From a virus, in the IMG/VR virus record IMGVR_UViG_3300042197_004918, positions 96,001-160,000 of that record: 64,000 nucleotides of DNA; one strand, given 5' to 3'. The position numbers and the translations under genes are program-made. This document shows, piece after piece, positions 20,265-29,848 of the stretch. Below the pieces are notes generated by a model that did not search any database, was not told the origin of the DNA, and saw nothing but the letters and a program-made list of their open reading frames with translations. Within the stretch, counting starts at the first letter, position 1. The number at the start of each line of letters is the position of its first letter.

Positions 20265-20872
20265 ATTTCGTAAATCTTTCCATCTAACATAGTCTTGACC
20301 CCCAACTTAGCACTCACAACTCTGACTTTGATGTGGGATTCATAAATCATCAAGTCGCTTCTTGCTCCACTAGCCGCCCACTTCTCTCGTGCAGCCTCTA
20401 ATGAAAGCCCATGTTCCCACTCCTCGTGCAAAACTATCTCTGAAATTCCTGATTGGATTATGGCCCGAGTGCAATCGCTACACGGAAGTCCCTGTGTGTA
20501 TAGAGTTGTTCCTAAAGTAGATATACCATTTCTGGCACAGTGGTAGATGCTGTTCCTCTCCGCGTGTTCTGCCCAAAAATACTTTTCGGGTCTTTCGTGT
20601 CGTTCGGGGAAAGTGTCTATAACTCCTCGACAAAATCCGTTATATCCCTCACTTATTACCGCATTGTTTCTTACAATTACCGCACCAATCTTTGTCATCT
20701 TATCCTTGCTTTTTGAAGCAATAAGATATACGTGTCTCAAAAACAATTCATCCCAATTTGGGATTTTCCAATCAGAATGGTCCACTATATCCCTCCATAA
20801 TGTCCTGTCCAGCATGAAACGTCTCCCACCATTCTGAATATTGTTGAACTTGATTCTCGTGGATAAGGTCAT
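20261..20872 (-). CDS. dCMP deaminase
   Basis: KIGAVIV, GYNG, HAERN, PCSDC. Confidence 0.92.
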   Translation of the reverse strand: MTLSTRIKFNNIQNGGRRFMLDRTLWRDIVDHSDWKIPNWDELFLRHVYLIASKSKDKMTKIGAVIVRNNAVISEGYNGFCRGVIDTFPERHERPEKYFWAEHAERNSIYHCARNGISTLGTTLYTQGLPCSDCTRAIIQSGISEIVLHEEWEHGLSLEAAREKWAASGARSDLMIYESHIKVRVVSAKLGVKTMLDGKIYEI

Positions 20873-21014
20873 TCAAAGCACATTTTAAAGCCTCTACGTT
20901 GGCTACATCTTCGGTTGTGAATCCATGACTATCCACGAGGTCAATGATTTCTTCGACGAGCTGATATGGTGATTTCTCTGTCATAAAGGTATCTTACATC
21001 CGAACAATGCTCGG

Positions 21015-21716
21015 TCAACTTTTTTCATTAACATGGTGGTCAACTTCTTTGATTTTTTTCTTGGACATTACACTCTTAATGTCATCGAAGGAATATGGTC
21101 CGAGATTTCCATCCCATCCGATGTCCAGTATCAACCCTTCCTTAGCGTCTGCCCTGGTAGCAGGAAAGCTATAGTGACTGTGTCCACAAAGCATGAATGC
21201 ACCTTCCTTCATAAAGTTCCACACAGAAAGAGGGTAGTGCATCATAATCAAAATCTGTCCATCAAGAAGAAGTTCTTGATAGTCTCCAAGAAAAATTACG
21301 TTCTTATAACGAAACGGCGTGACCTTAATATCCTCTCCATACTTCGCGAAAACTTCCCTCCGATAGACAGATTCCACCGGATTGTTATGGTTCCCCCACA
21401 ACATATAGATGTTCTGGCAATTAATCCGTGAAAGATACCCCTCAAATTGAGACTCTTTTGTGTTTAAACAAAAATCTCCGATGAAGAACAACTTATCTTC
21501 TGGCTTAACCTTCTCGTTCAGTGTTGAGATGATATAATCTGTGCATTCATCTACGTTTTTGTGACCCCTCTTCTCCCAAACAAACGGTTTGTTATGTCCG
21601 AGGTGAAAGTCGCTACTAAACCAGACCTTAGAATTTTCTTCGGTCTTCATCTTCATCATGTGTGATATGTTTGACATTGTTTCTTCTAATGTAACACTCC
21701 GTTTGTAAATAGTCAA
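21015..21716 (-). CDS. calcineurin-like metallophosphoesterase
   Basis: SDFHLGH, IGD, GNH, HYP, GHSH. Confidence 0.88.
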   Translation of the reverse strand: MTIYKRSVTLEETMSNISHMMKMKTEENSKVWFSSDFHLGHNKPFVWEKRGHKNVDECTDYIISTLNEKVKPEDKLFFIGDFCLNTKESQFEGYLSRINCQNIYMLWGNHNNPVESVYRREVFAKYGEDIKVTPFRYKNVIFLGDYQELLLDGQILIMMHYPLSVWNFMKEGAFMLCGHSHYSFPATRADAKEGLILDIGWDGNLGPYSFDDIKSVMSKKKIKEVDHHVNEKS

Positions 21717-21761
21717 CGATATTAAATCGACAATCTTTCAGTGAATGTGTAATGTGTTGAT

Positions 21762-22199
21762 ATGGATACAGTCCCACCACCAAGTTTTGTAAAAAACCGA
21801 TACAAACCGGTTACTCAACGATTTGATGGGTCGTTTCATAAATTTGGGCCAGAGATGACTAAGCTGTTATCCGCCTATCCGTCGGAAAATCCTATTTGGT
21901 ATGTGATTGGAGAAGAATTCATAACCTCATACAAGTTAGTTAGAAGCGACGCACAACTTCTCGACCCCTGGAATCGTCCGTTTCCTGATGAAATGATTTC
22001 TAAGATGGTCACAGTGGAACTTCCCGAAAAACACGTAAAAATTCCAACCACTGTCAGTGGAACACTGTATATGTGCAATGTTTATGTGCGGGATTTAAAT
22101 CAATTGGAGATCGACTGTAACGATTGTATAGGCAGAAACGAGTGTATAGAATGTAATAAAACTCGTCGGAAAATTGTCGTATTTCCAAAAATGAATTGA
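21762..22199 (+). CDS. hypothetical protein
   Basis: First ORF after the strand switch; C-terminal CxxC pairs. Confidence 0.55.
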   Translation: MDTVPPPSFVKNRYKPVTQRFDGSFHKFGPEMTKLLSAYPSENPIWYVIGEEFITSYKLVRSDAQLLDPWNRPFPDEMISKMVTVELPEKHVKIPTTVSGTLYMCNVYVRDLNQLEIDCNDCIGRNECIECNKTRRKIVVFPKMN

Positions 22200-22211
22200 A
22201 TATTTATTGGC

Positions 22212-22586
22212 ATGAACGAACTTTTGAAGAGTATCTTTATCGTGTCGATTTCCGTGGCATTATCAATGCAATGGTGTCATTCTCATTTTGATAAACGGCT
22301 GCCACCAGCTAGAACTGACTCGCCAGCGCCAAAAAACATCCCTGCGTCAAAAATGATGACAGTGACAAACTACCTTACCATCACGAATTACGTCACGGTA
22401 ACGAATATCGTCGAAAGTGTGCCAGCGGAGAAGAAATCAATCCTTTCTCCAGGAATACCGCTTCAGCAAGACACCCAATCGGTTTCATCCGTTGACATTC
22501 AACCACCGATTGAAAACGAAACTCGTCTCCGTAAGATAGCCAAAGAGTTGACAGACATCTTAGATGAGGTTAAGATAAAGAAATGA
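22212..22586 (+). CDS. membrane-anchored hypothetical protein
   Basis: N-terminal TM, (V/I)TNY repeats, TATTTAT motif upstream. Confidence 0.6.
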   Translation: MNELLKSIFIVSISVALSMQWCHSHFDKRLPPARTDSPAPKNIPASKMMTVTNYLTITNYVTVTNIVESVPAEKKSILSPGIPLQQDTQSVSSVDIQPPIENETRLRKIAKELTDILDEVKIKK

Positions 22587-23602
22587 TAAAGTTAAAACCT
22601 ATCGCGGAATCTATTATTAAGGAGGGAGGAAAGCTCTTTGGAGCCAGAGCTCAACGTGTTTCCACGGCTGAAATGAACGCGGTTTTCAATGAAATTCAAC
22701 AGGTCCTAAAACCCAACTTTCAGAGAATGGAACTTTCCCGTGCGCTGAAGACAAAAGCAGACCACGGTGACATCGACATCGTGATTTTAAATCGAGACAA
22801 ACTACTGATGATGGACGTTCTAAAGAAAGCGTTCGGAGACAGAATAGAAGACCTCAGTAGAAATGGAAACATATACAGCATCCTTTATAGATCTCCAGCA
22901 ATAGGAAAAACCGTCCACATTGATTTTCTGACCGCAGCCTCACCGGAGGCTTTCGATTCACAATGGGAATATCTAAGCTATAACGATTTCAGCGGAATCT
23001 TAGGAGTCTTCGCTCGTAGAATGAAGTTCATTTACGGGACACATGGTTTTTTTAAAATCTACATAGACAAAAAAGGAACGCACCATCACGTTTTTATAAC
23101 AAATGATTTGAGAAAGGGGCTCAAGATATTGGGTTACACTGATATTAAGAAATATGACGACATAAGTTCGGTGGATGACATAGTTTCCTTCATAATAGAC
23201 TCTCCGCTGTTCGCCAGCGAGGATTATGTGGGTCAAACCATGAATCACAGTGATAGAAAGAGAGTCCGTTCGGGTAGACCAACGGCCGATTACATCCGTA
23301 ATAAGTTGATTTCTCTTAACATCCCTCGGAAGATAACCGACGAAGACTACTTCTTCAAGAAGCTTTATCCCGATGATTATACCAAATATTTAAAGAAGTG
23401 TGAGGAGATAGAATCGACCGTCATACCAAAGAGTAAATATAACGGAGGATGGTTGATGGCTAATTTTCCAGAAATAAAGCCCGGTCCGTTTGTAGGGAAG
23501 GTTATTAAATTCTGGTTCGACACCTTTGGGGATAAACTGGATGATGTGGATGAAAGTGAACTTAAAAGAATTACGGCTGAATTCTTGAAGAAGAATACGT
23601 GA
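22583..23602 (+). CDS. Pol-beta-superfamily nucleotidyltransferase with putative capsid-targeting N-terminus
   Basis: HGDIDIV, VHIDF; tail NGGWLM..EIKPGP..G resembles CCA-enzyme C-termini; MIKLK..IKE leader. Confidence 0.65.
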   Translation: MIKLKPIAESIIKEGGKLFGARAQRVSTAEMNAVFNEIQQVLKPNFQRMELSRALKTKADHGDIDIVILNRDKLLMMDVLKKAFGDRIEDLSRNGNIYSILYRSPAIGKTVHIDFLTAASPEAFDSQWEYLSYNDFSGILGVFARRMKFIYGTHGFFKIYIDKKGTHHHVFITNDLRKGLKILGYTDIKKYDDISSVDDIVSFIIDSPLFASEDYVGQTMNHSDRKRVRSGRPTADYIRNKLISLNIPRKITDEDYFFKKLYPDDYTKYLKKCEEIESTVIPKSKYNGGWLMANFPEIKPGPFVGKVIKFWFDTFGDKLDDVDESELKRITAEFLKKNT

Positions 23603-23654
23603 ATAAATAACGTCGGCAATCCGTGGTAGACTATATTTATAGGGAGATATAGAT

Positions 23655-26333
23655 ATGGCAAACGTAAAAATCTCCAATTTATCCGCCACCTGGACATCCT
23701 CAGCTGAGCTGACGGCTATTAAGATGGACGTGACCGACACGGCTTCGTCAGGTTCAAGCAAACTCATGGACCTACAGTTAGGTTCGGTGAGCAAGTTTTC
23801 CGTCAGAAAAGACAGCGTAGTTACTGCTACATCATTTGTCGGTGGTCATACCGGGTCATTAGTAGGAACCTCCAGTTTTGCGGTAAGTTCAAGCACCGCT
23901 CAGTATAGTTCGACTGCGAGCTATGCTTCATCGGGCATCAGTGCGAGTTTTGCACAACAAAGCAATCAATCAGTGACGTCAAGCCACTCTGTAAGTGGTC
24001 TTAGCTCAAGTTATTCTTCATATAGTGGTCAGAGTAATACTTCGTTGAGTTCAAGTCAATCCAACTGGTCAAACACCGCAAGTTATGCTCTGAATGCGGG
24101 CAGCAGCGCAGGAACAACTTTGAACAGCGGTAGCTCCTATAATATCACAGCATCTTGGTCAGTTTCATCGAGTTATGCGTTAAATTCTTCGGTAGGAACT
24201 ACACTTGAAAGCGGAAGTTCTTACAATATAACCTCGTCGAGATCGATTTCTGCAAGCTTCGCTCACTCCGCTAGTTCGGCTATGACAGCAAGTTTTGCTT
24301 TAAGTGCAATTGCATCTCTTTCTTCGGGGAGTTCTTACAATATAACTGCCAGCCGTGCGGTCACTGCGAGTTATGTTCTGTCTTCCAGTTATGCTATCAC
24401 AGCAAGCTTCGCTGAACGGTATGCACCATACTGGCCTTCAAATGTAGAAATTTCTGGTGCCGGCCTAACTCCATCACTTAACAATGTGGTGAATTATGTG
24501 GCAACAAGTGGGTCATTTAGTTTATTCGCGAGTGCTCTAGGGAACACCCCTCAGTATTTTAAATGGTATATCAACTCCTCTTCATTATTACAACAGGGAA
24601 CAGCGAGTGCATACAATGTCACTTCTTCTATGAAGAATCCCAACAGCGGCATTTATACGTGCCAGGTGACCAACAGTTATGGCTCAGCGACTTCACAAAA
24701 CTTTCAAGTTCAAGTCCTCGATCCTGTGGAGTTAGTGTCAGAAACTGCTCCAACTCCAACTCCCTCGGTCAACTCAATGGTCTATTTCATCGTGAGTGCG
24801 ACTGGAGACCTTATCCGTTACAGGTGGAAGAAACGTGGAACAACGCCGGCTTTAGACACCTATGTTGTAGACGGTGTGCCTAGTATTCTTAATGAGGGTT
24901 ATGCATCTTCAACGTTAACCATCCAAGCCATAAGTCCAGAATCCGAGGGGTCTTATTTCTGTGAAATATCAAACAGCGTCAGTAACACATCTTCCTCAAA
25001 TATGTTGATTTATGTTACAGCACCTACAATCGTGACACAACCGGAAGATTTGGATACATTTGGAATGGCCACGGTATTGGCAACCGGCTCGGCCATCAGT
25101 TATTCGTGGCAATATAATGGCATTGATATAGTCGAACAGACCGCAGCGACTTTGAATTTATCCACTGCTGTCAACGCTAATTATTTTACTCAGCCGATGA
25201 TGGATCAATTATACTCCTTACGGTGTAAGGTCTATAACGGAGTCGGATACAACCTTAGCGATTCTATTCAAGTCAAACCGTTTAAGAAGGCCGGTGTCGC
25301 ACTATCAGGTCACGCTGGGTCTGCCACGAGAACCGATCACTTTGTCGTCGCAATAGATGCTGCCTCTCAAATCATAGCCCCAGTGGGAACAACGTATGCA
25401 GTCGTTAAAAACAACGTTAACGTGGGTTCCGATGTCACTGCTTTGGGAGAGTCTACGCCAAAACTTACTCTCCATAACGTCCAATCGTCGGACGCGGGAA
25501 CATATGCTGTAAGTGCCAGTTTCAATGGACTTAGTGTTACAAGTGACGCGATATCTCTGACCATTGCCGAGAATGCTAGTTATCATAACGCGTTTCCTTT
25601 GATCAGGTATGTTTTTGACGATGAAACTCATACATTAGTCGCGGACTATGGAATGTCGCTTGGAACCACATATAACGGCCCCAACGGCACACCTCCAGGA
25701 ACTTATTACATAGGTCGCGCCATCCGCCAGTCTCAGAACTTCACTGCATACGACCAGGCCGATTTGAATGGAAGTGTTTCATGTCCCGATCACGCGCCGT
25801 TTCCGACCACGTTGGGTTTTCCAACTTCCACGGTCACAATTACTGGCCGAAACATATCCGGCTCGTCTTCCTCGGGTTCTACAAGCATATTTTACCAATA
25901 CGCTTACTCATACACGTTCGCCTCTTGCCCAACCAACTCTGTTAGCACTCCTAATCCGTGGCCGTGCGTCCACCCTGACACGTTGGCAGACACCTGCTCG
26001 GGTGGACAAACAGCCACGTCGGCTGCCAATCTAATGACCGTCACCGTAATGAGTTTTGGTAATCTTGGAATTACCGTCCATCCGACTGGTAGCCAGTCAA
26101 AAGCCACCGGAAGCGCCGTGGTGCTTAGAACCGTCGGAACTGCCGGTGGCGCAGACCTACACTACAGATGGTATAGGAACGGTGTAAGAATCCCTGACTC
26201 TGATTCAAGCCTCTATTCTATATCCAGCGTTGCACTGAGCGACTCGGGCTCTTATTATTGTATTGTCGGTGCTAAATCCACACTGTCTTATAGAACGATG
26301 CAGTCGTCTGCATCTATACTTAACGTGGTGTAA
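23655..26333 (+). CDS. virion/tail protein with Ser/Ala-rich repeats and several Ig-like domains
   Basis: TASYA / SGSSYNITAS repeats; Ig motifs YRWYRNG..DSGSYYC, GIYTCQV, GSYFCEI. Confidence 0.75.
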   Translation: MANVKISNLSATWTSSAELTAIKMDVTDTASSGSSKLMDLQLGSVSKFSVRKDSVVTATSFVGGHTGSLVGTSSFAVSSSTAQYSSTASYASSGISASFAQQSNQSVTSSHSVSGLSSSYSSYSGQSNTSLSSSQSNWSNTASYALNAGSSAGTTLNSGSSYNITASWSVSSSYALNSSVGTTLESGSSYNITSSRSISASFAHSASSAMTASFALSAIASLSSGSSYNITASRAVTASYVLSSSYAITASFAERYAPYWPSNVEISGAGLTPSLNNVVNYVATSGSFSLFASALGNTPQYFKWYINSSSLLQQGTASAYNVTSSMKNPNSGIYTCQVTNSYGSATSQNFQVQVLDPVELVSETAPTPTPSVNSMVYFIVSATGDLIRYRWKKRGTTPALDTYVVDGVPSILNEGYASSTLTIQAISPESEGSYFCEISNSVSNTSSSNMLIYVTAPTIVTQPEDLDTFGMATVLATGSAISYSWQYNGIDIVEQTAATLNLSTAVNANYFTQPMMDQLYSLRCKVYNGVGYNLSDSIQVKPFKKAGVALSGHAGSATRTDHFVVAIDAASQIIAPVGTTYAVVKNNVNVGSDVTALGESTPKLTLHNVQSSDAGTYAVSASFNGLSVTSDAISLTIAENASYHNAFPLIRYVFDDETHTLVADYGMSLGTTYNGPNGTPPGTYYIGRAIRQSQNFTAYDQADLNGSVSCPDHAPFPTTLGFPTSTVTITGRNISGSSSSGSTSIFYQYAYSYTFASCPTNSVSTPNPWPCVHPDTLADTCSGGQTATSAANLMTVTVMSFGNLGITVHPTGSQSKATGSAVVLRTVGTAGGADLHYRWYRNGVRIPDSDSSLYSISSVALSDSGSYYCIVGAKSTLSYRTMQSSASILNVV

Positions 26334-26541
26334 TTTTATAAAGTCCGTTCAACTATATATTGAATATGAGATATTTCACAGGCATGGTACCACTCCAACC
26401 AATCGGAGGACTCGTCACAAACAACCCAGCTACGACCGTTCAGGAACAAGCTGATAAACAGAAGCAAGAAGCGGCCATCAAAGAGGCCATGAGGCAGACA
26501 CAGTTGGAAAAGGAAGAGAAGAAGAAAGCCAGATAAAGCGT

Positions 26542-27051
26542 ATGGACGAAGATGTGAGAGAATACGGTTGTTTAATGGCGTATATCGAACCGGCTTCTGC
26601 GAATAAAGTGGTGGAGCTTGGAAAAAAGATTATACCTCAATCAATTCTCTACGAGGTTCCTGGTGAAGAATATGGTAGAGAGACAGAACCTCACGTCACC
26701 ATAAAGTATGGTTTCACCCGAGATTTGACCGACGAAGAAGTAAAGAAAATCATCGGAAAAACAAAATCATTCTCCGTAGTCGCTGAAGGCCTAAGCACGT
26801 TTGATGGTAAAGAATTTCAAGTTGTAAAATTTGATATTCGCAGGGATGGGGTATTGTTATCCATGCGTAAGCTATGTGACGCATTTCCAAATAAAGACTC
26901 GCACCCCGACTTCCATCCTCACATGACATTGGCATACACAAAGCTAAAGTCATTCCCACACAAAAAGACCGGTCTATCTCTATCCTTTCGAGTAAACAAA
27001 TTTGTCTACTCTCCTATAACTGGAAAAAAGAGAGACTATAACCTATCTTAA
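26542..27051 (+). CDS. 2H phosphoesterase, T4 gp57B/Acb1-like
   Basis: Two HxT motifs PHVTIKYG and PHMTLAY; GCLM N-terminus. Confidence 0.75.
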   Translation: MDEDVREYGCLMAYIEPASANKVVELGKKIIPQSILYEVPGEEYGRETEPHVTIKYGFTRDLTDEEVKKIIGKTKSFSVVAEGLSTFDGKEFQVVKFDIRRDGVLLSMRKLCDAFPNKDSHPDFHPHMTLAYTKLKSFPHKKTGLSLSFRVNKFVYSPITGKKRDYNLS

Positions 27052-27127
27052 TGTGATGCCCAAATATATGGGCATCAATGAGATAAAAACTTTACTTTAA
27101 GCAGGCATGAGTTAGTATTTATTCAAA

Positions 27128-27679
27128 ATGAGTAACGATACCACAAAGTTTTATGTAGAGAGTGGGAACTGGAGAGGTTGCATCTCTTTGCCGGTGAAGA
27201 GGTCTGAGGTATCTAACTATGATTATATTGAAGCTGCCACCAGAGCAATGGAAGCGGTGTTCGATGAACGAAAAGAGATAGGCAAAGAGTTTGAAATTAT
27301 AAGTCTGCTCGATAAATCAGGAAAAGATTACTTCGACTCAGAGTTCACCGGACAGTTGAGTGATGTTCCTGAATGTCTCTTCGGATTGCTTACTGCCTGC
27401 TTCCTTGAAAAAGATGTAAACAATCAGGAAAATTGGTGGTATTTCCTATCAAGTAAGATTTTCGCCAATGCTGGACAACATAGAAACGTTTCCCTTGCTA
27501 CTGCGGTAGAGAAACAGTATTCCAAAGAGGTAAATGAGTTTAAAGCCAGAGAGGAAGAGCTCATAGATTTAGACAAGCGGGGAGAAATGGATGCCCGGAT
27601 AGCGGAAGCGAAAAAGAAGATGAAGAAAAAATCTCCTCCCAAAAAGGACTCCGGAAATGAATCTGATAATCAGTTGTGA
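27128..27679 (+). CDS. hypothetical protein
   Basis: ORF with TATTTAT upstream. Confidence 0.65.
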   Translation: MSNDTTKFYVESGNWRGCISLPVKRSEVSNYDYIEAATRAMEAVFDERKEIGKEFEIISLLDKSGKDYFDSEFTGQLSDVPECLFGLLTACFLEKDVNNQENWWYFLSSKIFANAGQHRNVSLATAVEKQYSKEVNEFKAREEELIDLDKRGEMDARIAEAKKKMKKKSPPKKDSGNESDNQL

Positions 27680-27950
27680 ATTGACTGCCCCTCCCAGTGA
27701 GATTGGAGCCTTCCGAAATCTCACTCTTTATGCGACGATTTTCAAAAAAATGGATTGTCTCATAGAAGCCGAACCAGATGAAGTTGATTTTTACTACAAC
27801 TGGCTGAAACGAAATTATGCCTACGATTTCGTCAAACAGTTTGTGAAGAAACGTGAAGTCACGGGAATAAGATTGAATTACGATAGAATCCAACGTCTCA
27901 CATTCAACAACTTAAATGATATGATATTCGTAGTGAGTATGGCAAAATGA
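27657..27950 (+). CDS. hypothetical protein
   Basis: ORF. Confidence 0.55.
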   Translation: MNLIISCELTAPPSEIGAFRNLTLYATIFKKMDCLIEAEPDEVDFYYNWLKRNYAYDFVKQFVKKREVTGIRLNYDRIQRLTFNNLNDMIFVVSMAK

Positions 27951-27951
27951 C

Positions 27952-27980
27952 TTGACAAAAAAACGGACTGTTTGTATATT
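27952..27980 (+). promoter_or_regulatory. sigma70-type promoter (leaderless)
   Basis: TTGACA-17-TATATT; ATG 6 nt downstream at 27987. Confidence 0.65.
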
Positions 27981-28128
27981 GCTGTAATGGATAATGCCCG
28001 CCTTAAAGAAATCGTCCTCAAGTTGATGGATGATAAGCAGAAATCTACTTTGGTATGTGACCACGGAGATTATAAAGTGATGTTCCCATACTGTATTATG
28101 CAGCATCTAAACGAATTGGAGGATCTTT

Positions 28129-28335
28129 ATGCAGATGAAACTTCGCAAGAAAGTTAAACTTTACAATATCAAGGAACGTCCCGACGGAAACTGGAAACTA
28201 TGTCCACTTTGCGACTCGGAATTGGATTCTTGCCATATCGGAGTATTTTGTTCAAGTAAAAAATGTCGTTATGTAGATGGTATCGCTTTTTTGACCAAAG
28301 GCGAATACAAAAAATTTAAAGATAAAATCGAATAA
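28129..28335 (+). CDS. small zinc-finger protein
   Basis: CPLC...CSSKKC. Confidence 0.5.
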   Translation: MQMKLRKKVKLYNIKERPDGNWKLCPLCDSELDSCHIGVFCSSKKCRYVDGIAFLTKGEYKKFKDKIE

Positions 28336-28373
28336 TTTAGCGGTTTTCAAAATTTCGTAATATGTATTGGATA

Positions 28374-28460
28374 ATGAACGTAGAATCGTATTTACCGTCA
28401 CTGTCTGTGTGGGCACCAGTTGCCCTCGGGAGTGCTGTATTGTCAGCCCCTCTCGGGTAA
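28374..28460 (+). CDS. attenuator leader peptide (28 aa, MNVESYLPSLSVWAPVALGSAVLSAPLG) upstream of the tRNA array
   Basis: Short ORF whose stop abuts an antiterminator/terminator pair; codon content matches the array tRNAs. Confidence 0.7.
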   Translation: MNVESYLPSLSVWAPVALGSAVLSAPLG

Positions 28461-28462
28461 CC

Positions 28463-28500
28463 TTTCTAACGGCATATCTTTACATAAGGACCGTTGGAAA
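28463..28500 (+). promoter_or_regulatory. antiterminator helix
   Basis: TTTCTAACGG (28463-72) pairs 10 bp with CCGTTGGAAA (28491-500), the 5' arm of the terminator. Confidence 0.7.
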
Positions 28501-28517
28501 AACTTCCAACGGTTTTT
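28490..28517 (+). terminator. intrinsic terminator of the attenuator
   Basis: ACCGTTGGAA-aaac-TTCCAACGGT followed by TTTT. Confidence 0.85.
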
Positions 28518-28546
28518 GACGTTTTTGGGATGGTTGAAGAAAGTAG

Positions 28547-28574
28547 TTGACGGATTTGAAAAGAAGTGTAAGAT
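28547..28574 (+). promoter_or_regulatory. possible sigma70 promoter at the head of the RNA array
   Basis: TTGACG-16-TAAGAT. Confidence 0.45.
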
Positions 28575-28717
28575 AGTAACAGTTGAATTTGAAACAAGAC
28601 GTTCGGTTGAAACTCCGAACCGTAGAGGCAGAGTCTAAAAGACAGAGCCGGTCGGGCTAGTCCCGGTCACCACACGATAGGTCTGCCGACTAACCCCCGG
28701 AAAATAAAAGGGTCAAC

Positions 28718-28791
28718 GCGGGTATGATGTAATGGTAGCCTATAACTTTGCCAAAGTTGATGCGAGGGTTCGATTCCCTTTACCCGCTCCA
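28718..28791 (+). tRNA. tRNA-Gly(GCC)
   Basis: Cloverleaf, loop TTGCCAA, U73, CCA. Confidence 0.9.
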
Positions 28792-28792
28792 G

Positions 28793-28879
28793 TAAATTGT
28801 TGTGTAAGTGGATTTAACCACCTTGACAACGGATATAAACCCCTTAACTGGGTTTTCCAATGTAGTCACAACGATTTAT
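28793..28879 (+). ncRNA. unidentified stem-closed small RNA
   Basis: TAAATTGTTGTG/CACAACGATTTA closing helix with two internal hairpins. Confidence 0.5.
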
Positions 28880-28887
28880 CAATTAAT

Positions 28888-28961
28888 GCGGAATTGTTGT
28901 AATGGTAGCGATTCTGATTTACACTCAGACAGAGGGGGTTCAATTCCCTCATTCCGTACCA
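28888..28961 (+). tRNA. tRNA-Val(TAC)
   Basis: Cloverleaf, loop TTTACAC, CCA. Confidence 0.88.
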
Positions 28962-29052
28962 ATTAATTTGTTAACAAAGAAAGCCGAAACCCTTCTGGTA
29001 TGGGAGCGTTTTTATCGGGGGTAAAAGTCCCAACTATCACCGCATTTTCAAT

Positions 29053-29129
29053 GGCCCCGTCGTCTAAGGTGGGTAGGACTTTTGATTCTCAATCAAAGAA
29101 ACTCGGTTCGACCCCGAGCGGGGCTACCA
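29053..29129 (+). tRNA. tRNA-Glu(CTC)
   Basis: Cloverleaf, loop TTCTCAA, CCA. Confidence 0.9.
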
Positions 29130-29217
29130 AATTTAAGGCAAAGCATCCTTTAATCCCAAACCGCACGTAAAGCGGGGATGGAAGCTTGACAGCTGGAGAG
29201 AAAGCACCAATTTTAAT

Positions 29218-29290
29218 GGTCGGCGTATGACACCTCTACAACGGGTTGCTCTGTTGAACAGTGAATAATTACGAGGATCCCCGGCCGCCA
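29218..29290 (+). ncRNA. tRNA-sized RNA with acceptor stem + GCCA but non-canonical core
   Basis: GGTCGG/CCGGCC-GCCA, 73 nt, no TTCR loop. Confidence 0.45.
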
Positions 29291-29294
29291 ACTT

Positions 29295-29376
29295 AAATCA
29301 CGGAAGTTAGGGTTCGAGGTCCTTGGGTCTTCTTGTAGGGAGGACACTTAATGTAAGTGGAAGCATACCGTGATTT
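29295..29376 (+). ncRNA. unidentified four-way-junction small RNA
   Basis: AAATCACGG/CCGTGATTT closing helix with three hairpins. Confidence 0.5.
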
Positions 29377-29386
29377 GAAGTTTTTT

Positions 29387-29461
29387 GGGGGATTAGTGAT
29401 AATGGTAGCACGACTGATTTGCACTCAGTAGGTACTGGTTCGATTCCTGTATCCTCCACCA
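29387..29461 (+). tRNA. tRNA-Ala(TGC)
   Basis: G3:U70, loop TTTGCAC, CCA. Confidence 0.92.
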
Positions 29462-29462
29462 A

Positions 29463-29535
29463 CCGTTCGTAGGATAATGGCTATTCCGCCTGCTTTGGGA
29501 GCAGGATATTGTGAGTTCGAGTCTCACCGAGCGGA
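29463..29535 (+). tRNA. tRNA-Pro(TGG), no encoded CCA
   Basis: C1:G72, loop TTTGGGA. Confidence 0.88.
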
Positions 29536-29604
29536 CAGCGTAGCGCCGGGTTGGGTATTGCTCCAACGGTAATGTGTTAGTGTTAACGCCCGGCGGTCAC
29601 GTAT

Positions 29605-29680
29605 GCTCAAGTGATGTAATTGGAAAACATCTTTGTCTCAAAAACAGAGTTTTGTGGGTTCAACTCCCACCTTGAGCACC
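29605..29680 (+). tRNA. tRNA-Leu(CAA), short variable loop
   Basis: Loop CTCAAAA, A73. Confidence 0.85.
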
Positions 29681-29760
29681 GTTCAGTTGATGAAAATCGT
29701 AGGGAAACATCTGGGACGAAAATCTCGGTTTTGTAGGTTCGACTCCTACACTGAACACCA
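29681..29760 (+). tRNA. tRNA-Phe(GAA)-like with 6-nt anticodon loop
   Basis: Normal acceptor/T arms and CCA; loop CGAAAA lacks U33. Confidence 0.6.
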
Positions 29761-29764
29761 TAAT

Positions 29765-29841
29765 GGTCACGTAGCCCAATTGGCAGGAGGCGCAACGTCG
29801 AGAACGTTGACAGTGTGAGTTCAAATCTCACCGTGACTACC
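29765..29841 (+). tRNA. tRNA-Leu(GAG), short variable loop, C33
   Basis: Loop TCGAGAA. Confidence 0.85.
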
Positions 29842-29848
29842 GTATTTT

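Noticed and set aside
23850-24420. Ser/Ala-rich repeats as a DGR or other repeat element
   Set aside because: Degenerate protein-level repeats common in large-phage fibre proteins; no reverse transcriptase or TR/VR pair seen.
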